From the IMG/VR virus record IMGVR_UViG_3300028048_000039, positions 128,001-192,000 of that record: a stretch of DNA of 64,000 bases; one strand, written 5' to 3'. The notes under the pieces were generated by a model. That model saw nothing but the letters and a program-made list of their open reading frames with translations. It was not told the origin of the DNA and did no database searches. The stretch is from a virus. Taxonomy: Duplodnaviria > Caudoviricetes. Shown in pieces: positions 29,081 to 39,557 of this stretch; within the stretch, counting starts at the first letter, position 1; every line of letters starts with the position of its first letter. The position numbers and the translations under genes were made by a program.

Positions 29081-30862
29081 ATGACAAGAGAAGAAGCAAT
29101 AAGGATACTAAGTGAAAGATATAGTAGTGCCTTATTTTCAGAACGCACTGCACTGGAAACACTTATTCCTGAACTCAAAGAAAGTGAGGAAGAAAAAGCA
29201 AGAAAGTGGATATATGACTACATCCATAACTGTCCTAATGAGTCTTTTGAGTTCTATGGTGGGGTCGGGAAAGATGCTGTCTTGAACTACATCGAAAAGC
29301 AGAAATACGATAGGATGAAACCTATCTATGATGCAAGAGAATCCTTTGAATCCGCACTTGAAAAGGCTTGGAATGATTATCATAACGGATATGAAAATGT
29401 TGACAAGTTGGAAGATGACTATGTGGAATGCGCTCATGCCAAGGGATTCCGTGAAGGATACTTATTTGGCATCGAAAAGCAGAAAGAGGCAAGTAAAGCA
29501 ATAGAGGCTGTTGAAAACATTGACAAGTACCTTGATGAACATCTTGCCAATGCACACGATATGAAGGATTCCAATCCTGACAAAAAGTATTACCGTGGAT
29601 GGGACGATTATCCAGAACTGGCAGGAATACTACAGGATGTTTATTCCGAAGAAGAGCAGAAAGAGCCTGATGGGACATGGACAGAAGAAGATGAAGCGAC
29701 GGGAAAATATGCAAAAGAACACCCAGCTAACCTTGAAGAAGCAGCAGAAAAATATGCAAATAAAGAACATCCAGATGAGTCAAGTGTTGGACAATTTGGT
29801 ACAGGTGATTATGAGCCACCTATTGATAGAGAATACCCAAGAGAAATTGCAAAAGATGCTTTCAAAGCTGGTGCAGAATGGCAGCAGAAAAAGCAGAAAC
29901 CAGTAGAGGATTGGAGAGAAAAGAGAAAGGAAGAGTGTCCGTTTAGGAGAAACCTTGACAACAATCTTTATGGCTGTAAACGATATGCTGATGTAATTAG
30001 CGAATGTACTGGAGCCTGTTCTTGGGTTGTGGATTACCCGAAGATAAAAGAAATTCAAGATAGGCAAGAACAGAAGCCCGAATCTAAGGTAGAACCTAAG
30101 TTCAGGGTTGGTGACACTCTCCGTAAAAAGGGTAAGAGTTATACATTCACTGTAGACAGAATAATAGATGATTGCTATCTTACAGAAAGAAATAGTTTCT
30201 TCTACATTCAGGACCAAGACCAATGGGAACTTGTTTCCATCCCGATTGAGGGCGAATTTCCTTATACTGACTCCGCAGACACTTTGGATGGCGAGATAGA
30301 CAACATTTGGAGTAAATTAAGTTGCAACAACTGGTTTACAGCAGACAAATGCGGCTTTTATGAAGTAATCCACCATTTTGCAAACTGGATTGAAGAGCAT
30401 CAGCCTAAAGAGTGGAGCGAGGATGATGAGCACAGATGTAAGGATGCTATCTATTTTCTCGAAACGGCAAAAAAACATTATGCTTGTACTTCAGAGATTG
30501 AACTCACTATTAAATGGCTCAAATCACTCCGTCCACAATCTAAAGATGAAATACACAAAGAGAAAAATGAGAAACCTAAACACACGGAAGTATGGGTAGA
30601 AGGTAGGACAATCTTTGAGCAAGATGCAAATACTTTTGTTAACACCGAGGGAGAATTCGAAGCCAAACTCACAGGATGGGTGGCGAGAGATGAAAATAGA
30701 GAAATATGGGTTTATGGTAATTACCCTGAAAAAAATTCTGAAAAGCATATATGGACAGAAAGTAGTTGTATGCCTCTTGACCAAAAATCTTTTCCAGACC
30801 TCAAATGGGAAGACGAACCTGTAGAAGTTGAGATAACTATTAGAAAAAATGAGTATGTCTAA
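29081..30862 (+). CDS. Family D long modular protein 2
   Basis: Ends shared with 27336; internal module shared with 37544. Confidence 0.8.
   Translation: MTREEAIRILSERYSSALFSERTALETLIPELKESEEEKARKWIYDYIHNCPNESFEFYGGVGKDAVLNYIEKQKYDRMKPIYDARESFESALEKAWNDYHNGYENVDKLEDDYVECAHAKGFREGYLFGIEKQKEASKAIEAVENIDKYLDEHLANAHDMKDSNPDKKYYRGWDDYPELAGILQDVYSEEEQKEPDGTWTEEDEATGKYAKEHPANLEEAAEKYANKEHPDESSVGQFGTGDYEPPIDREYPREIAKDAFKAGAEWQQKKQKPVEDWREKRKEECPFRRNLDNNLYGCKRYADVISECTGACSWVVDYPKIKEIQDRQEQKPESKVEPKFRVGDTLRKKGKSYTFTVDRIIDDCYLTERNSFFYIQDQDQWELVSIPIEGEFPYTDSADTLDGEIDNIWSKLSCNNWFTADKCGFYEVIHHFANWIEEHQPKEWSEDDEHRCKDAIYFLETAKKHYACTSEIELTIKWLKSLRPQSKDEIHKEKNEKPKHTEVWVEGRTIFEQDANTFVNTEGEFEAKLTGWVARDENREIWVYGNYPEKNSEKHIWTESSCMPLDQKSFPDLKWEDEPVEVEITIRKNEYV
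30410..30525 (+). repeat. 116-bp intragenic repeat (second copy at 38873-38988)
   Basis: Encodes EWSE.D.HRCKDAIYFLETAKKHYA.TSEIELTI.WLKS. Confidence 0.85.
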
Positions 30863-30971
30863 AGTTACAAGGTTGGAAAAATTGCAAAAAATTCCAACCT
30901 GTTTTTGTTTTCTCATTTTCTTTTTGTATATTTGCAGAAAAGTATATAAGTAAAGATAAGGATGATTAATT

Positions 30972-31358
30972 ATGTGTTTAACATTGAATAACTATTCAAA
31001 AATAGTAATAGCAGAAGAAGACATCATCTGCTACAAGGTATTGCGTGTATTTTCCACAGGGGGTATAGAGGCTCCTTTTCGCAAATTCCAATATGAGGTA
31101 GGAGAAACATATCATACAGATAAAAGACTGAAGAAGATTTGGGACCATGCAAATGGTGTATATGTCATAAAAAAAGGATTCCATAGTTTTCCTCATCATA
31201 TAGATGCAGTTTCTTTCAATAAGAGAATTCTTCCATACACTTTGAATAGTAAGGTCTATAAGTGTATAATACCCAAAGGAACAAGGATGATTTTGGGACA
31301 TTTTTATGGGATGCCATCTATCGTTTCTGAAACAATTAAAATAATAGAAAGAGTATGA
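30972..31358 (+). CDS. Family B paralog
   Basis: CYKV / GFHSF / KCIIPKG. Confidence 0.8.
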   Translation: MCLTLNNYSKIVIAEEDIICYKVLRVFSTGGIEAPFRKFQYEVGETYHTDKRLKKIWDHANGVYVIKKGFHSFPHHIDAVSFNKRILPYTLNSKVYKCIIPKGTRMILGHFYGMPSIVSETIKIIERV

Positions 31359-31801
31359 CAACAGAAAATAAGCAGCTATTACTCAAAGACCTCTGTGCGA
31401 GGTTGCCTTATAGGGTAATAGCATATGCATCTGAAATCAATAAAAATGGAATCATAACAGACGTTAATGTACCATACAATATGGTCAATTTAACAGTTGA
31501 TAATGAGAGTGGAAAGTATGAATTAGTTCCTTTATTTGATATTAAACCTTATCTTCGTCCAATGTCAAGTATGACTGAGGAAGAAAAGAAGGTATTTGAT
31601 GATTTTGTTTGTATTGATGAGTTTGCTTGGAACGGTAATGCTGAAAAAGGATATCCAAACCAGGCAGCCATTATGTCAGATGGTATTGACTGGCTTCTTG
31701 AACATCATTTTGATTTCCGTGGTTTGATTAAGAAAGAATTAGCATTGGAGGCGCCGGAGGGAATGTATAAAAGGGGAGTAGCAAATGAGCAGCTTTGTTA
31801 A
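31355..31801 (+). CDS. Family A paralog 3
   Basis: Three conserved blocks. Confidence 0.8.
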   Translation: MTTENKQLLLKDLCARLPYRVIAYASEINKNGIITDVNVPYNMVNLTVDNESGKYELVPLFDIKPYLRPMSSMTEEEKKVFDDFVCIDEFAWNGNAEKGYPNQAAIMSDGIDWLLEHHFDFRGLIKKELALEAPEGMYKRGVANEQLC

Positions 31802-32063
31802 CAAATACAAAATTGTCTATGATGGCAATGATGGAATGACTTACGAAAAGTTTATTTATTGTAAGTTTGAGAATGTTTGGGATGGCCAATTATGGAGAAA
31901 TGAAGACGGTACGCCAGTAGACTTTGAATGCGTTACAGACAGCGAGGCTTATGTTACCGCAATGTGCATTGCAAATATTCCAACTGAGGATAAATACTTC
32001 TATTGGGAAAAAGTAGAAGAATTTGTGCTTCCAGAAGCAGTTGAAAAAGAGTTCTATAAATAA
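31785..32063 (+). CDS. Hypothetical protein
   Basis: Preceded by GGAGTAGCAAATG junction. Confidence 0.65.
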   Translation: MSSFVNKYKIVYDGNDGMTYEKFIYCKFENVWDGQLWRNEDGTPVDFECVTDSEAYVTAMCIANIPTEDKYFYWEKVEEFVLPEAVEKEFYK

Positions 32064-32075
32064 AGAAATTGAATT

Positions 32076-32525
32076 ATGACACAAGAAGAAAAACAACTAT
32101 TATTAAAGGACCTCAGTGCGAGGTTGCCTTATGGAGTTATAATGAACTATAAAGACTCTATAGTTGATTCTCATACTTGGAAACTCAGTACTCTATATGC
32201 TTTGTCATATAGTAAAGCGGGAATTCCAATAGATACAGATTGGGATGGAAATGTAGAATATGTAGAGTACCAGGGATGTAGTATGTCAACTGCTTCGAGA
32301 CCCATTTCTCTTGAAAAAAATCTTCCTTATCTCCGCCCAATGTCAAGTATGACAGAGGAAGAGAAAGAGGATTTTGGTGTCCCATTCACCTCGGAAGGAC
32401 TTGTTACACTTGCTGACACAGTGGAGTGTATGGATTGGCTCAACAAGCATCATTTTGACTATCGTAGTTTGATTGAAAAGGGTTTGGCTCTTGAAGCACC
32501 TGAAGGAATGTATAAAACTGAATAG
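32076..32525 (+). CDS. Family A paralog 4
   Basis: Three conserved blocks. Confidence 0.8.
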   Translation: MTQEEKQLLLKDLSARLPYGVIMNYKDSIVDSHTWKLSTLYALSYSKAGIPIDTDWDGNVEYVEYQGCSMSTASRPISLEKNLPYLRPMSSMTEEEKEDFGVPFTSEGLVTLADTVECMDWLNKHHFDYRSLIEKGLALEAPEGMYKTE

Positions 32526-32528
32526 ACT

Positions 32529-32912
32529 ATGACACAGGAAAATATACAGAAAATAAAAGATAAACGACGGGAAGAAAGAGAGAATTATATTGCAAAGACT
32601 GTCAAGTGGCTAGAGGAGCTTAAGCCTTTTACGGAGGAGTTCATACCAGAGCCGCCGATTCTTGACAAGGAGATGTACGACAAGTATGTAATCCCTAACT
32701 TTATCCGTTGCGGAGCCATTCCCAAGGACAAGTTAATCATTGGAGAGACCTACATTGGAAATTGCCGGAATGCAAGTGAAGCGGCGTGGAATGGCAAGGC
32801 GTTTACTTATAAGCGCACCAAGTTCGGCTGTACATATGATGAGGATATAAACCATTTCCAGGATGATGACGGTTATGATGTTTTCGTTCCTATAAAAATT
32901 AAAGAATTATGA
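32529..32912 (+). CDS. Conserved phage hypothetical protein
   Basis: 'GAIPK..L..G..Y.G.CRNA..A.W.G..F.Y.R.KFG' pattern. Confidence 0.7.
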   Translation: MTQENIQKIKDKRREERENYIAKTVKWLEELKPFTEEFIPEPPILDKEMYDKYVIPNFIRCGAIPKDKLIIGETYIGNCRNASEAAWNGKAFTYKRTKFGCTYDEDINHFQDDDGYDVFVPIKIKEL

Positions 32913-33322
32913 CACAAGAAGAAAAACAACTATTATTAAAGGACCTCTGTGCGAGGTTGCCGTATGGAGTAAGAATCAATCATATAATTTATGGTTGGGA
33001 GGGGAATGCGGTAAATTTCAATAAAAAATTAGAATCTTTCGCTATTGAAAAAGATAATGGACTTTCTTATGATGTGCCTGTAGAAGAGGTGCGCCCCTAT
33101 CTCCGCCCAATGTCAAGTATGACTGATGAAGAGGTAAAAGAATTTTATGATGTGGAATGTATGGATGCAGAAGTTGGATATATTAAACCTACTTGGAATT
33201 GGCATTTTACAATAAATGGAATTGATTGGCTCAATGAACATCATTTTGACTACAGAGGTTTAATCAACAAAAGATTAGCATTAGAGGCACCTGAAGGAAT
33301 GTATGAAAGTAAGAATAATTAG
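32909..33322 (+). CDS. Family A paralog 5
   Basis: Three conserved blocks. Confidence 0.8.
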   Translation: MTQEEKQLLLKDLCARLPYGVRINHIIYGWEGNAVNFNKKLESFAIEKDNGLSYDVPVEEVRPYLRPMSSMTDEEVKEFYDVECMDAEVGYIKPTWNWHFTINGIDWLNEHHFDYRGLINKRLALEAPEGMYESKNN

Positions 33323-33467
33323 AAATATTGGTCCTATTGGCTGTGTAACTAGTCCTTCTGTTGGAACTTATACAGTAGAGAAAGAGGTTACAACAGAAGA
33401 ATTATTATCTCTATTAAATAATCCAGAAGATTTAATAAAAATAGAAATATTGTATAAAGAGGAATAA
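33303..33467 (+). CDS. Small hypothetical protein (MKVRIIRNIG...)
   Basis: 54 codons filling the gap. Confidence 0.5.
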   Translation: MKVRIIRNIGPIGCVTSPSVGTYTVEKEVTTEELLSLLNNPEDLIKIEILYKEE

Positions 33468-33469
33468 AT

Positions 33470-33892
33470 ATGTGTTTGATTTTATTTGATACCGAAATAA
33501 GAGTAGCGAAGGAAGACATTATCTGCTACAAGGTATTTGAGAAACGGGGTGATGATTTAATATCTCCTTATCAGAATATGCACTATGAATATGGCAGAGC
33601 GTATGTGACAGAAACTCCTATAATAGTAAAATACGGAGTTGCAACGAGAGGATACATAGAAGAAGGGTTTCATTCTTTTCTTAAAAAAGAAGATGCACAA
33701 TACTTTGCATCAAATCTACAGACATGGTTTCTTCCTGTCAAACCTAGTATCCTCCAAGTTGGAATGGAGTTTATAACAGTAAAGTGTTTAATTCCTGCGG
33801 GAACAAGATATGCAGCGGGGTTTTTCTGTGAATTTGGAAAGAGTTTTGATAGTTTCTGCTCAGAACGAATAATAGCGGTGGAGGAAGTTTAG
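33470..33892 (+). CDS. Family B paralog (tandem 1/5)
   Basis: Family motifs. Confidence 0.8.
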   Translation: MCLILFDTEIRVAKEDIICYKVFEKRGDDLISPYQNMHYEYGRAYVTETPIIVKYGVATRGYIEEGFHSFLKKEDAQYFASNLQTWFLPVKPSILQVGMEFITVKCLIPAGTRYAAGFFCEFGKSFDSFCSERIIAVEEV

Positions 33893-33894
33893 TT

Positions 33895-34293
33895 ATGTGT
33901 CTTAAAGTAGGAAACAATACTAAAATTGAAACAGCACAAGAAGACATCATTTGTTACAAAGTCTTCAGAACAGAAACATATTCAGGGAGATTTGGACTTC
34001 TATCACCCTATCGAAAAATGAAATATATCCCCGATGTATTGTATACCTTAGAAAAGCCTTTGGAAATAGATAGCACCACATGGTTATACCCAATTGTTGA
34101 AAAAGGATTTCATTCCTTCGTATCTAGAGAATCAGCACACATGTTTTTGGACGACTACTATGTCAGAAAACCAGCAATACTCAAATGTAAGATACCAAAA
34201 GGAGCAAAGTTTGTACGAGGAATTTTTCGGTTTTATGGATTTGATTATGAAAGTATTTGCTCAGACCAAATAATTGTGTTAGAAAGTGTATAA
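33895..34293 (+). CDS. Family B paralog (tandem 2/5)
   Basis: Family motifs. Confidence 0.8.
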   Translation: MCLKVGNNTKIETAQEDIICYKVFRTETYSGRFGLLSPYRKMKYIPDVLYTLEKPLEIDSTTWLYPIVEKGFHSFVSRESAHMFLDDYYVRKPAILKCKIPKGAKFVRGIFRFYGFDYESICSDQIIVLESV

Positions 34294-34295
34294 AT

Positions 34296-34745
34296 ATGTG
34301 TTTGACTTTAACTGAAAATTCAAAATTAAAAGTAGCAGAAGAAGATATCGTTTGCTACAAAGTGGTACTGAGACAGTATTCCGGGGTCTACAGGTCAGAA
34401 TTTTACGCTTACCTATATGAAACAGGGGTCTTAAATAAGCACCCATTTGGTGACATTACAATTACTACCCTTCCACGTATTACTACCTATCGGAGTGCTA
34501 ACTTTAACCAACAGGTTATTGCCGGCTATGAGCAGGTTGTTGAAAGGGGATTTCATTCTTTTACATGTAAAAAAGATGCTTACAAGTATGCTGGGTGTGT
34601 TATCAATAGGATGTTTCACGGTATTAGCAAAGACGTAGTAGTAGTAAAATGTATTATTCCAAAGGGTGCTAACTATATTGAAGGTACATATAGCGAGTAT
34701 CCAAATTACGTATCTAATAAAATAATTTGTTTAGGAGAAATTTAG
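34296..34745 (+). CDS. Family B paralog (tandem 3/5)
   Basis: Family motifs; start MCL at 34296. Confidence 0.8.
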   Translation: MCLTLTENSKLKVAEEDIVCYKVVLRQYSGVYRSEFYAYLYETGVLNKHPFGDITITTLPRITTYRSANFNQQVIAGYEQVVERGFHSFTCKKDAYKYAGCVINRMFHGISKDVVVVKCIIPKGANYIEGTYSEYPNYVSNKIICLGEI

Positions 34746-34746
34746 T

Positions 34747-35199
34747 ATGTGTTTGTATGTAACGAGTAAAAAAGTACGGGTAGCAAAGGAAGATATGGTT
34801 TGCTATAAAGTTATGATGGAACATTATGGAGACAAAGGAGCGTGGGTGTCTCCTTATCAGGGTATGGCTTATAAGGAAGGATGCGCCTATGAATTGGAGA
34901 AGCAATTGCAATTGTTGGATTCCAAATTTGGAAACATCAAAGATTATCCTTACATAGTAGAAGAAGGGTTCCATTCTTTTGCAAACTTATCAGATGCTTT
35001 GCTTTTTCGAAATACCTGTGAAGTCAGGTATCCAACTGTGAGCCGGGGTGACGGTTGGCACACTTATATTATAGTAAAATGTATTATTCCTAAAGGGACA
35101 ACCTATGTAGAAGGATTATACGTTGATAATTGGGATAATAAGTTTCATAGTTTTTGCTCCGAGAAAATAATTTGTGAAGACGAAATTGAAATTGAGTAA
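34747..35199 (+). CDS. Family B paralog (tandem 4/5)
   Basis: Closest to 36927. Confidence 0.8.
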   Translation: MCLYVTSKKVRVAKEDMVCYKVMMEHYGDKGAWVSPYQGMAYKEGCAYELEKQLQLLDSKFGNIKDYPYIVEEGFHSFANLSDALLFRNTCEVRYPTVSRGDGWHTYIIVKCIIPKGTTYVEGLYVDNWDNKFHSFCSEKIICEDEIEIE

Positions 35200-35211
35200 T
35201 TAGGATAGAAT

Positions 35212-35613
35212 ATGTGTTTAATTGTAAATAGTGAACTAAAAGTAGCACAAGAAGATATAGTCTGCTACAAAGTCCTTAGGTATTGCGAGCCATTGAAATC
35301 ACCGTTTCGAGGAATGGCTTATCTTAAAAATCATCTCTATGAATTGGGGAAACCGTTGCAAGTGGATAGTCACCATCGTATAAATGAGGGTTTTCATTCC
35401 ATTATCAGAGCCGATGATGCTAAGAAACTATCAGATGATATAGGCTATTTTTACGAGCATTATTCCGAAAACAAACATTGCTGTATTGTAGCAAAGTGTA
35501 TAATACCAAAAGGAACTGTCTATGCGGAAGGACTGTTCAGTTATGGGAATAAGTATCACAGTTATTGCTCGGAAAAGATAAAAGTAATTGATATTGTAGA
35601 AGACGATAAATAA
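35212..35613 (+). CDS. Family B paralog (tandem 5/5)
   Basis: Family motifs. Confidence 0.8.
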   Translation: MCLIVNSELKVAQEDIVCYKVLRYCEPLKSPFRGMAYLKNHLYELGKPLQVDSHHRINEGFHSIIRADDAKKLSDDIGYFYEHYSENKHCCIVAKCIIPKGTVYAEGLFSYGNKYHSYCSEKIKVIDIVEDDK

Positions 35614-35634
35614 TTTGCGTAAAAGAGGTTTAGT

Positions 35635-35664
35635 ATGTGTTTGGATGTAATAAGTAAAGAATAA
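35635..35664 (+). pseudogene. 9-codon stub of a family B gene (MCLDVISKE*)
   Basis: TTTAGTATGTGTTTG.ATGTAA..AGTAAA matches the start of 34747. Confidence 0.55.
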
Positions 35665-35671
35665 ATGACTA

Positions 35672-36181
35672 ATGAAAACTACTAAGAATATGAAATATAA
35701 AGAATTTGTAAAGCAGATATGGGATGCTGTGGAAGAGTGTCCTGATAACTGGAGAAAAGGCCAAAAGGTGTTTAATGTGATGGAAACACTCTATGGGGAT
35801 GTGGCGAGACAAGTTCAATTCATCAACAAGGTGGATTGCTTCTATGATGATAAGCAAATAGAACCATTCATCGACCAGTGCTGGATAAGGGTTTTCTCTA
35901 AAGAACATCCAATTCCGCCAAGAGAAGAAGAGTCAGTGGATTTTGATGAAGCAGCAGCCAAGTACATAGAATCTCAAACTCCTGCTGACCAAGGGGAAGA
36001 AATGACTATCTATAATGCTTTCAAAGCAGGTGCAGAGTGGCATGCTCGGCAAGGACAGATATTTGAGTCTGTCGTATGGCAAGATAGTGATGACAAACTT
36101 TTTGTTGAAGCATTTGTTGATGAAAACAAGTTCAAAATGGCTGATGGTGTAGTCATCCAAGTTATAAGAAAGACAATATGA
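35672..36181 (+). CDS. Mosaic hypothetical protein
   Basis: 'WRKGQ..FN..DCFYDD' domain fused to the 'VDFDEAAAKY...AFKAGAEW' module. Confidence 0.7.
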   Translation: MKTTKNMKYKEFVKQIWDAVEECPDNWRKGQKVFNVMETLYGDVARQVQFINKVDCFYDDKQIEPFIDQCWIRVFSKEHPIPPREEESVDFDEAAAKYIESQTPADQGEEMTIYNAFKAGAEWHARQGQIFESVVWQDSDDKLFVEAFVDENKFKMADGVVIQVIRKTI

Positions 36182-36298
36182 GGAAACCAAATTTTGAAAG
36201 GGAAGCAATAGCGTTTTGTTTTTTTTAAAAAAGTTTTGTATATTTGCAATGTTGAAAAATTAACTAACATTTTATATTAACTTTTAAATTTTTAAAAT

Positions 36299-36424
36299 AT
36301 GAGTTGGAATTTTTACCCAGAAAATAGGTTTTCATCTTATGATGATTATGTAAAGTATCTTAAAGAAAGGGGCTTTGCCATGGAAGCACCAGAAGGGATG
36401 TATGAAAAAGGAAGTAAGATATGA
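36299..36424 (+). CDS. Short ORF ending in the family A C-terminal block (MEAPEGMY)
   Basis: 41 codons after promoter 36239; chimeric remnant. Confidence 0.55.
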   Translation: MSWNFYPENRFSSYDDYVKYLKERGFAMEAPEGMYEKGSKI

Positions 36425-36588
36425 ATATAGAAGATATATGGAACATTGATAATCTTTACCGAATGAACAGAACAACAAAAGAGGCATCTGATGAATTAAA
36501 ACTTCCAGAATCTGATGTTATTGCTGTTTATTTGAAAATAAGAGAACATGAGAAGAATTTAAGAAAAAGACCATTGTATAAAATATAA
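36421..36588 (+). CDS. Small hypothetical protein
   Basis: 55 codons, ATGA overlap. Confidence 0.5.
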   Translation: MNIEDIWNIDNLYRMNRTTKEASDELKLPESDVIAVYLKIREHEKNLRKRPLYKI

Positions 36589-36591
36589 ATT

Positions 36592-36924
36592 ATGACACAA
36601 GAAGAAAGACAACTACTACTAAAAGACCTCTGTGCAAGAATTCCTTATGAGGTTCAATGCGAAATTGGTGGGCTTCGATATGGACCATATACATTTACGG
36701 GTGATGATATTGAAGACTTAATTGCTGGGAGAATGTTCAAACCCTATCTTCGTCCAATGTCAAGTATGACTGAGGAAGAAGAAATATACTATAACACGAT
36801 ATATATTACTCTGAAATTTTATGAAAGGGAAGATTGGCTCAATGCTCATCACTTTGACTATCGTGGACTCATTGAAAAGGGTCTCGCCATTGAAGCACCT
36901 GAAGATATGTATAAGGAGGAATAA
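36592..36924 (+). CDS. Family A paralog 6
   Basis: Three conserved blocks. Confidence 0.8.
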   Translation: MTQEERQLLLKDLCARIPYEVQCEIGGLRYGPYTFTGDDIEDLIAGRMFKPYLRPMSSMTEEEEIYYNTIYITLKFYEREDWLNAHHFDYRGLIEKGLAIEAPEDMYKEE

Positions 36925-36926
36925 TT

Positions 36927-37373
36927 ATGTGTTTAGCATTACAAAAACCAGAGATTATTGTAGCAAAAGAAGATATAGTTTGCTATAAAGTTATGATTGA
37001 ATATCCTAGAAACAACGGTATATGGACATCTCCTTATATGGGTATGGCTTATAGGGAAGGACATTCATATGAATTAGGGAAGAAATTGAATTTGTTGGAT
37101 TCTTCTAAAACCATCAAAGAATACCGTTATAGGGTAGAAGAAGGTTTCCATTCTTTTACAAGTTTGTCAGAGGCTTTGTTTTTTCTAAATGCTTTTGAAG
37201 CAAGGTATCCATGCCTAAATCGGTGCTCGGATGCTAGTCGGTATGTTGTAGTGAAATGTATCATTCCTAAAGGGACCACCTATGCAGAAGGATTATTCTT
37301 TGATTGGGGTAATAAGTTTCTTAGTTTTTGTTCCGAGAAAATAATTTGTGAAGGTAAAATCGAAAATGAATAG
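36927..37373 (+). CDS. Family B paralog
   Basis: Family motifs. Confidence 0.8.
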   Translation: MCLALQKPEIIVAKEDIVCYKVMIEYPRNNGIWTSPYMGMAYREGHSYELGKKLNLLDSSKTIKEYRYRVEEGFHSFTSLSEALFFLNAFEARYPCLNRCSDASRYVVVKCIIPKGTTYAEGLFFDWGNKFLSFCSEKIICEGKIENE

Positions 37374-37543
37374 TTATGACCGCAAAAGATATTCAGATTA
37401 TAGACAGTCTTCTCACAGAAGTATCCAACTCTATTGCAGTAGGAGAGCTTGAAGAAATGGAGATAGGAGAATACTATCAGGAAGTGTTGAGGAGGTATAA
37501 CGAAATTAAAAAAGTACAAGAATAATTATTTTGATATGGTGAT

Positions 37544-39556
37544 ATGACAAGAGAAGAATCAATAAAAATTGTAAAAGAGTTCATAAATGGCACATGCCTT
37601 CATCTGGTGGACCAAGAGGCTCTTAAAACCCTTATTCCTGAACTCAAAGAGAGTAAGGGCGAGATACACGAGTGGATTTTAGAATACCTCTATGATGGCT
37701 TGCGGAAATCCGATGAGCAGTTCAAAGGACAGTTCAAGTCAGCAATAGATTGGCTCGAAAATCTAGGTAATATGGATATAGAAACTTATAAAAATGCAGA
37801 AAAAGAAAAATCTGATTTTGTTGGAGATGGTTTTATTAAATGTTATGCTAACTTTTTAGATTTCAAAGAAGGAGAAACTTATTGGCTTGAATATGTTGGC
37901 AAAGATAATTACAATGTAAGAAGTGACAATCTTCTTGGGAAAACATATCATATAACACCATACCAACTTTACCGTTTGTTTACTCAAGAACATTGTCCAA
38001 AAGAAGATAGTGCGAGTGAGGGAACAAATGCACCAACAGGATATGGTAAATATGTTGATGAATGTCTTAATAAAGCATCTAAACATTTCTTTTCAGAGGG
38101 AGAAGATAAGTATAGTGTCGCAGATTTGTTTTATGCTGGTGTAAGATGTGGAAAGTCTTGGCTTGAGAAGCAAGGTGAGCAGGAACTGAAGGATAAGTCT
38201 AAATTCAAAGAGAATAGTGAGTATGAGAGGGTAAGAAAGGCAATCGTTACACTTATCAAAGACCTTCAACACTACTCTACAAACTACGCTGGTGTTGACC
38301 CCGCAGATATGCTTGCTTGGCTTGAAAACCATAATCCGTCATTCAAGCAAATTAGTGATGGTATCAAATGGGATAGCGGACTCAGGACTGGTATTGAACT
38401 CGGAAAGAAAGAGCAGAAGCCAAGCATCAATATAGACCAATTGAAATCCATGATGCTCCAATACCTCCAAGAAGCAGCCAATGAAAAGGATGATTCGGCT
38501 ATAGAAGCGGATACTGATAAGTGGGCAAGAATGATACTTAGATATGACTTCGAGCAGAAACCCTCAGAGTGGGAATGGCCTAACCTATCAAACTGTATTA
38601 GGAACTGTAAGAAGTGCCACGGGAAATGTTTATATCGTAAAGAACCATATGAAGAGAAGCAGCCATTAGAGTGGAGCGAGGAGGATGTAAAAAGAATAAA
38701 GCAACTTATTTACGACACAGAAGCCATTCGTGCTGGATATGAAAGGAAAAAGGAGCAATTGGGTGAGTGCTTCAACGAATCGTTAATTAAAGATTGTGAC
38801 GAACAAGTTGCTTGGCTCAAATCCCTCAAAGATAGAGGGAATTTCCCAAAAAGTAACACTAATTCCCCAAGTGAGTGGAGTGAGGAAGATAAGCACAGAT
38901 GTAAGGATGCTATCTATTTTCTTGAAACAGCAAAAAAGCATTATGCTAGTACTTCAGAAATTGAACTCACTATTGAGTGGTTAAAATCTCTTCAACCGCA
39001 AGCAAGGCAGGAACAGAAAGAACAGACTACTTTAGAGTATCTTCCAAAGGAAAAAATTAATGACATTATATCTAAACTGACCAATCTTTCCTTTAGAAAA
39101 CTTATTCCATACAATAGTAAAGAATATAAAAAGATAAAGGAGATTAGAACTAATGTCCGTGACCTTCTTGACTATCCTATTGAACAGAAACCAGTAGAGT
39201 GGAGCGAGGAAGATGAGAAAATGCGAACAAAAATTCTTGAAGCTCTCGATGCTTATGCTGACCATGTGCAATATACGGGTTTTTGGGTTAATTCAGAACT
39301 TATACGAAAAGAACTAATGGGTTGGCTTAAATCCCTCCATCCCCAGCCCCATACTGTGAGTATAAAAAATGCCAATAAGTTTGCAGAACTTGAATATGAG
39401 CGTGGTGTAAAAGACGGATTAAATCACCATTGGAAACCCAGCGAGGAGCAGATGCAGGCGTTGAGCGAAACTATTGCAGTTACAGTTGACACATTTCCGC
39501 CAAAGTGTACACTCATAACATTACGAGATGATTTGAATAAACTGATGGAGGAATAA
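37544..39556 (+). CDS. Family D long modular protein 3
   Basis: MTREE...LIPELKES; multiple EQKP / EWSEED / WLKSL junctions; WKPSEEQM end module. Confidence 0.8.
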   Translation: MTREESIKIVKEFINGTCLHLVDQEALKTLIPELKESKGEIHEWILEYLYDGLRKSDEQFKGQFKSAIDWLENLGNMDIETYKNAEKEKSDFVGDGFIKCYANFLDFKEGETYWLEYVGKDNYNVRSDNLLGKTYHITPYQLYRLFTQEHCPKEDSASEGTNAPTGYGKYVDECLNKASKHFFSEGEDKYSVADLFYAGVRCGKSWLEKQGEQELKDKSKFKENSEYERVRKAIVTLIKDLQHYSTNYAGVDPADMLAWLENHNPSFKQISDGIKWDSGLRTGIELGKKEQKPSINIDQLKSMMLQYLQEAANEKDDSAIEADTDKWARMILRYDFEQKPSEWEWPNLSNCIRNCKKCHGKCLYRKEPYEEKQPLEWSEEDVKRIKQLIYDTEAIRAGYERKKEQLGECFNESLIKDCDEQVAWLKSLKDRGNFPKSNTNSPSEWSEEDKHRCKDAIYFLETAKKHYASTSEIELTIEWLKSLQPQARQEQKEQTTLEYLPKEKINDIISKLTNLSFRKLIPYNSKEYKKIKEIRTNVRDLLDYPIEQKPVEWSEEDEKMRTKILEALDAYADHVQYTGFWVNSELIRKELMGWLKSLHPQPHTVSIKNANKFAELEYERGVKDGLNHHWKPSEEQMQALSETIAVTVDTFPPKCTLITLRDDLNKLMEE

Positions 39557-39557
39557 T

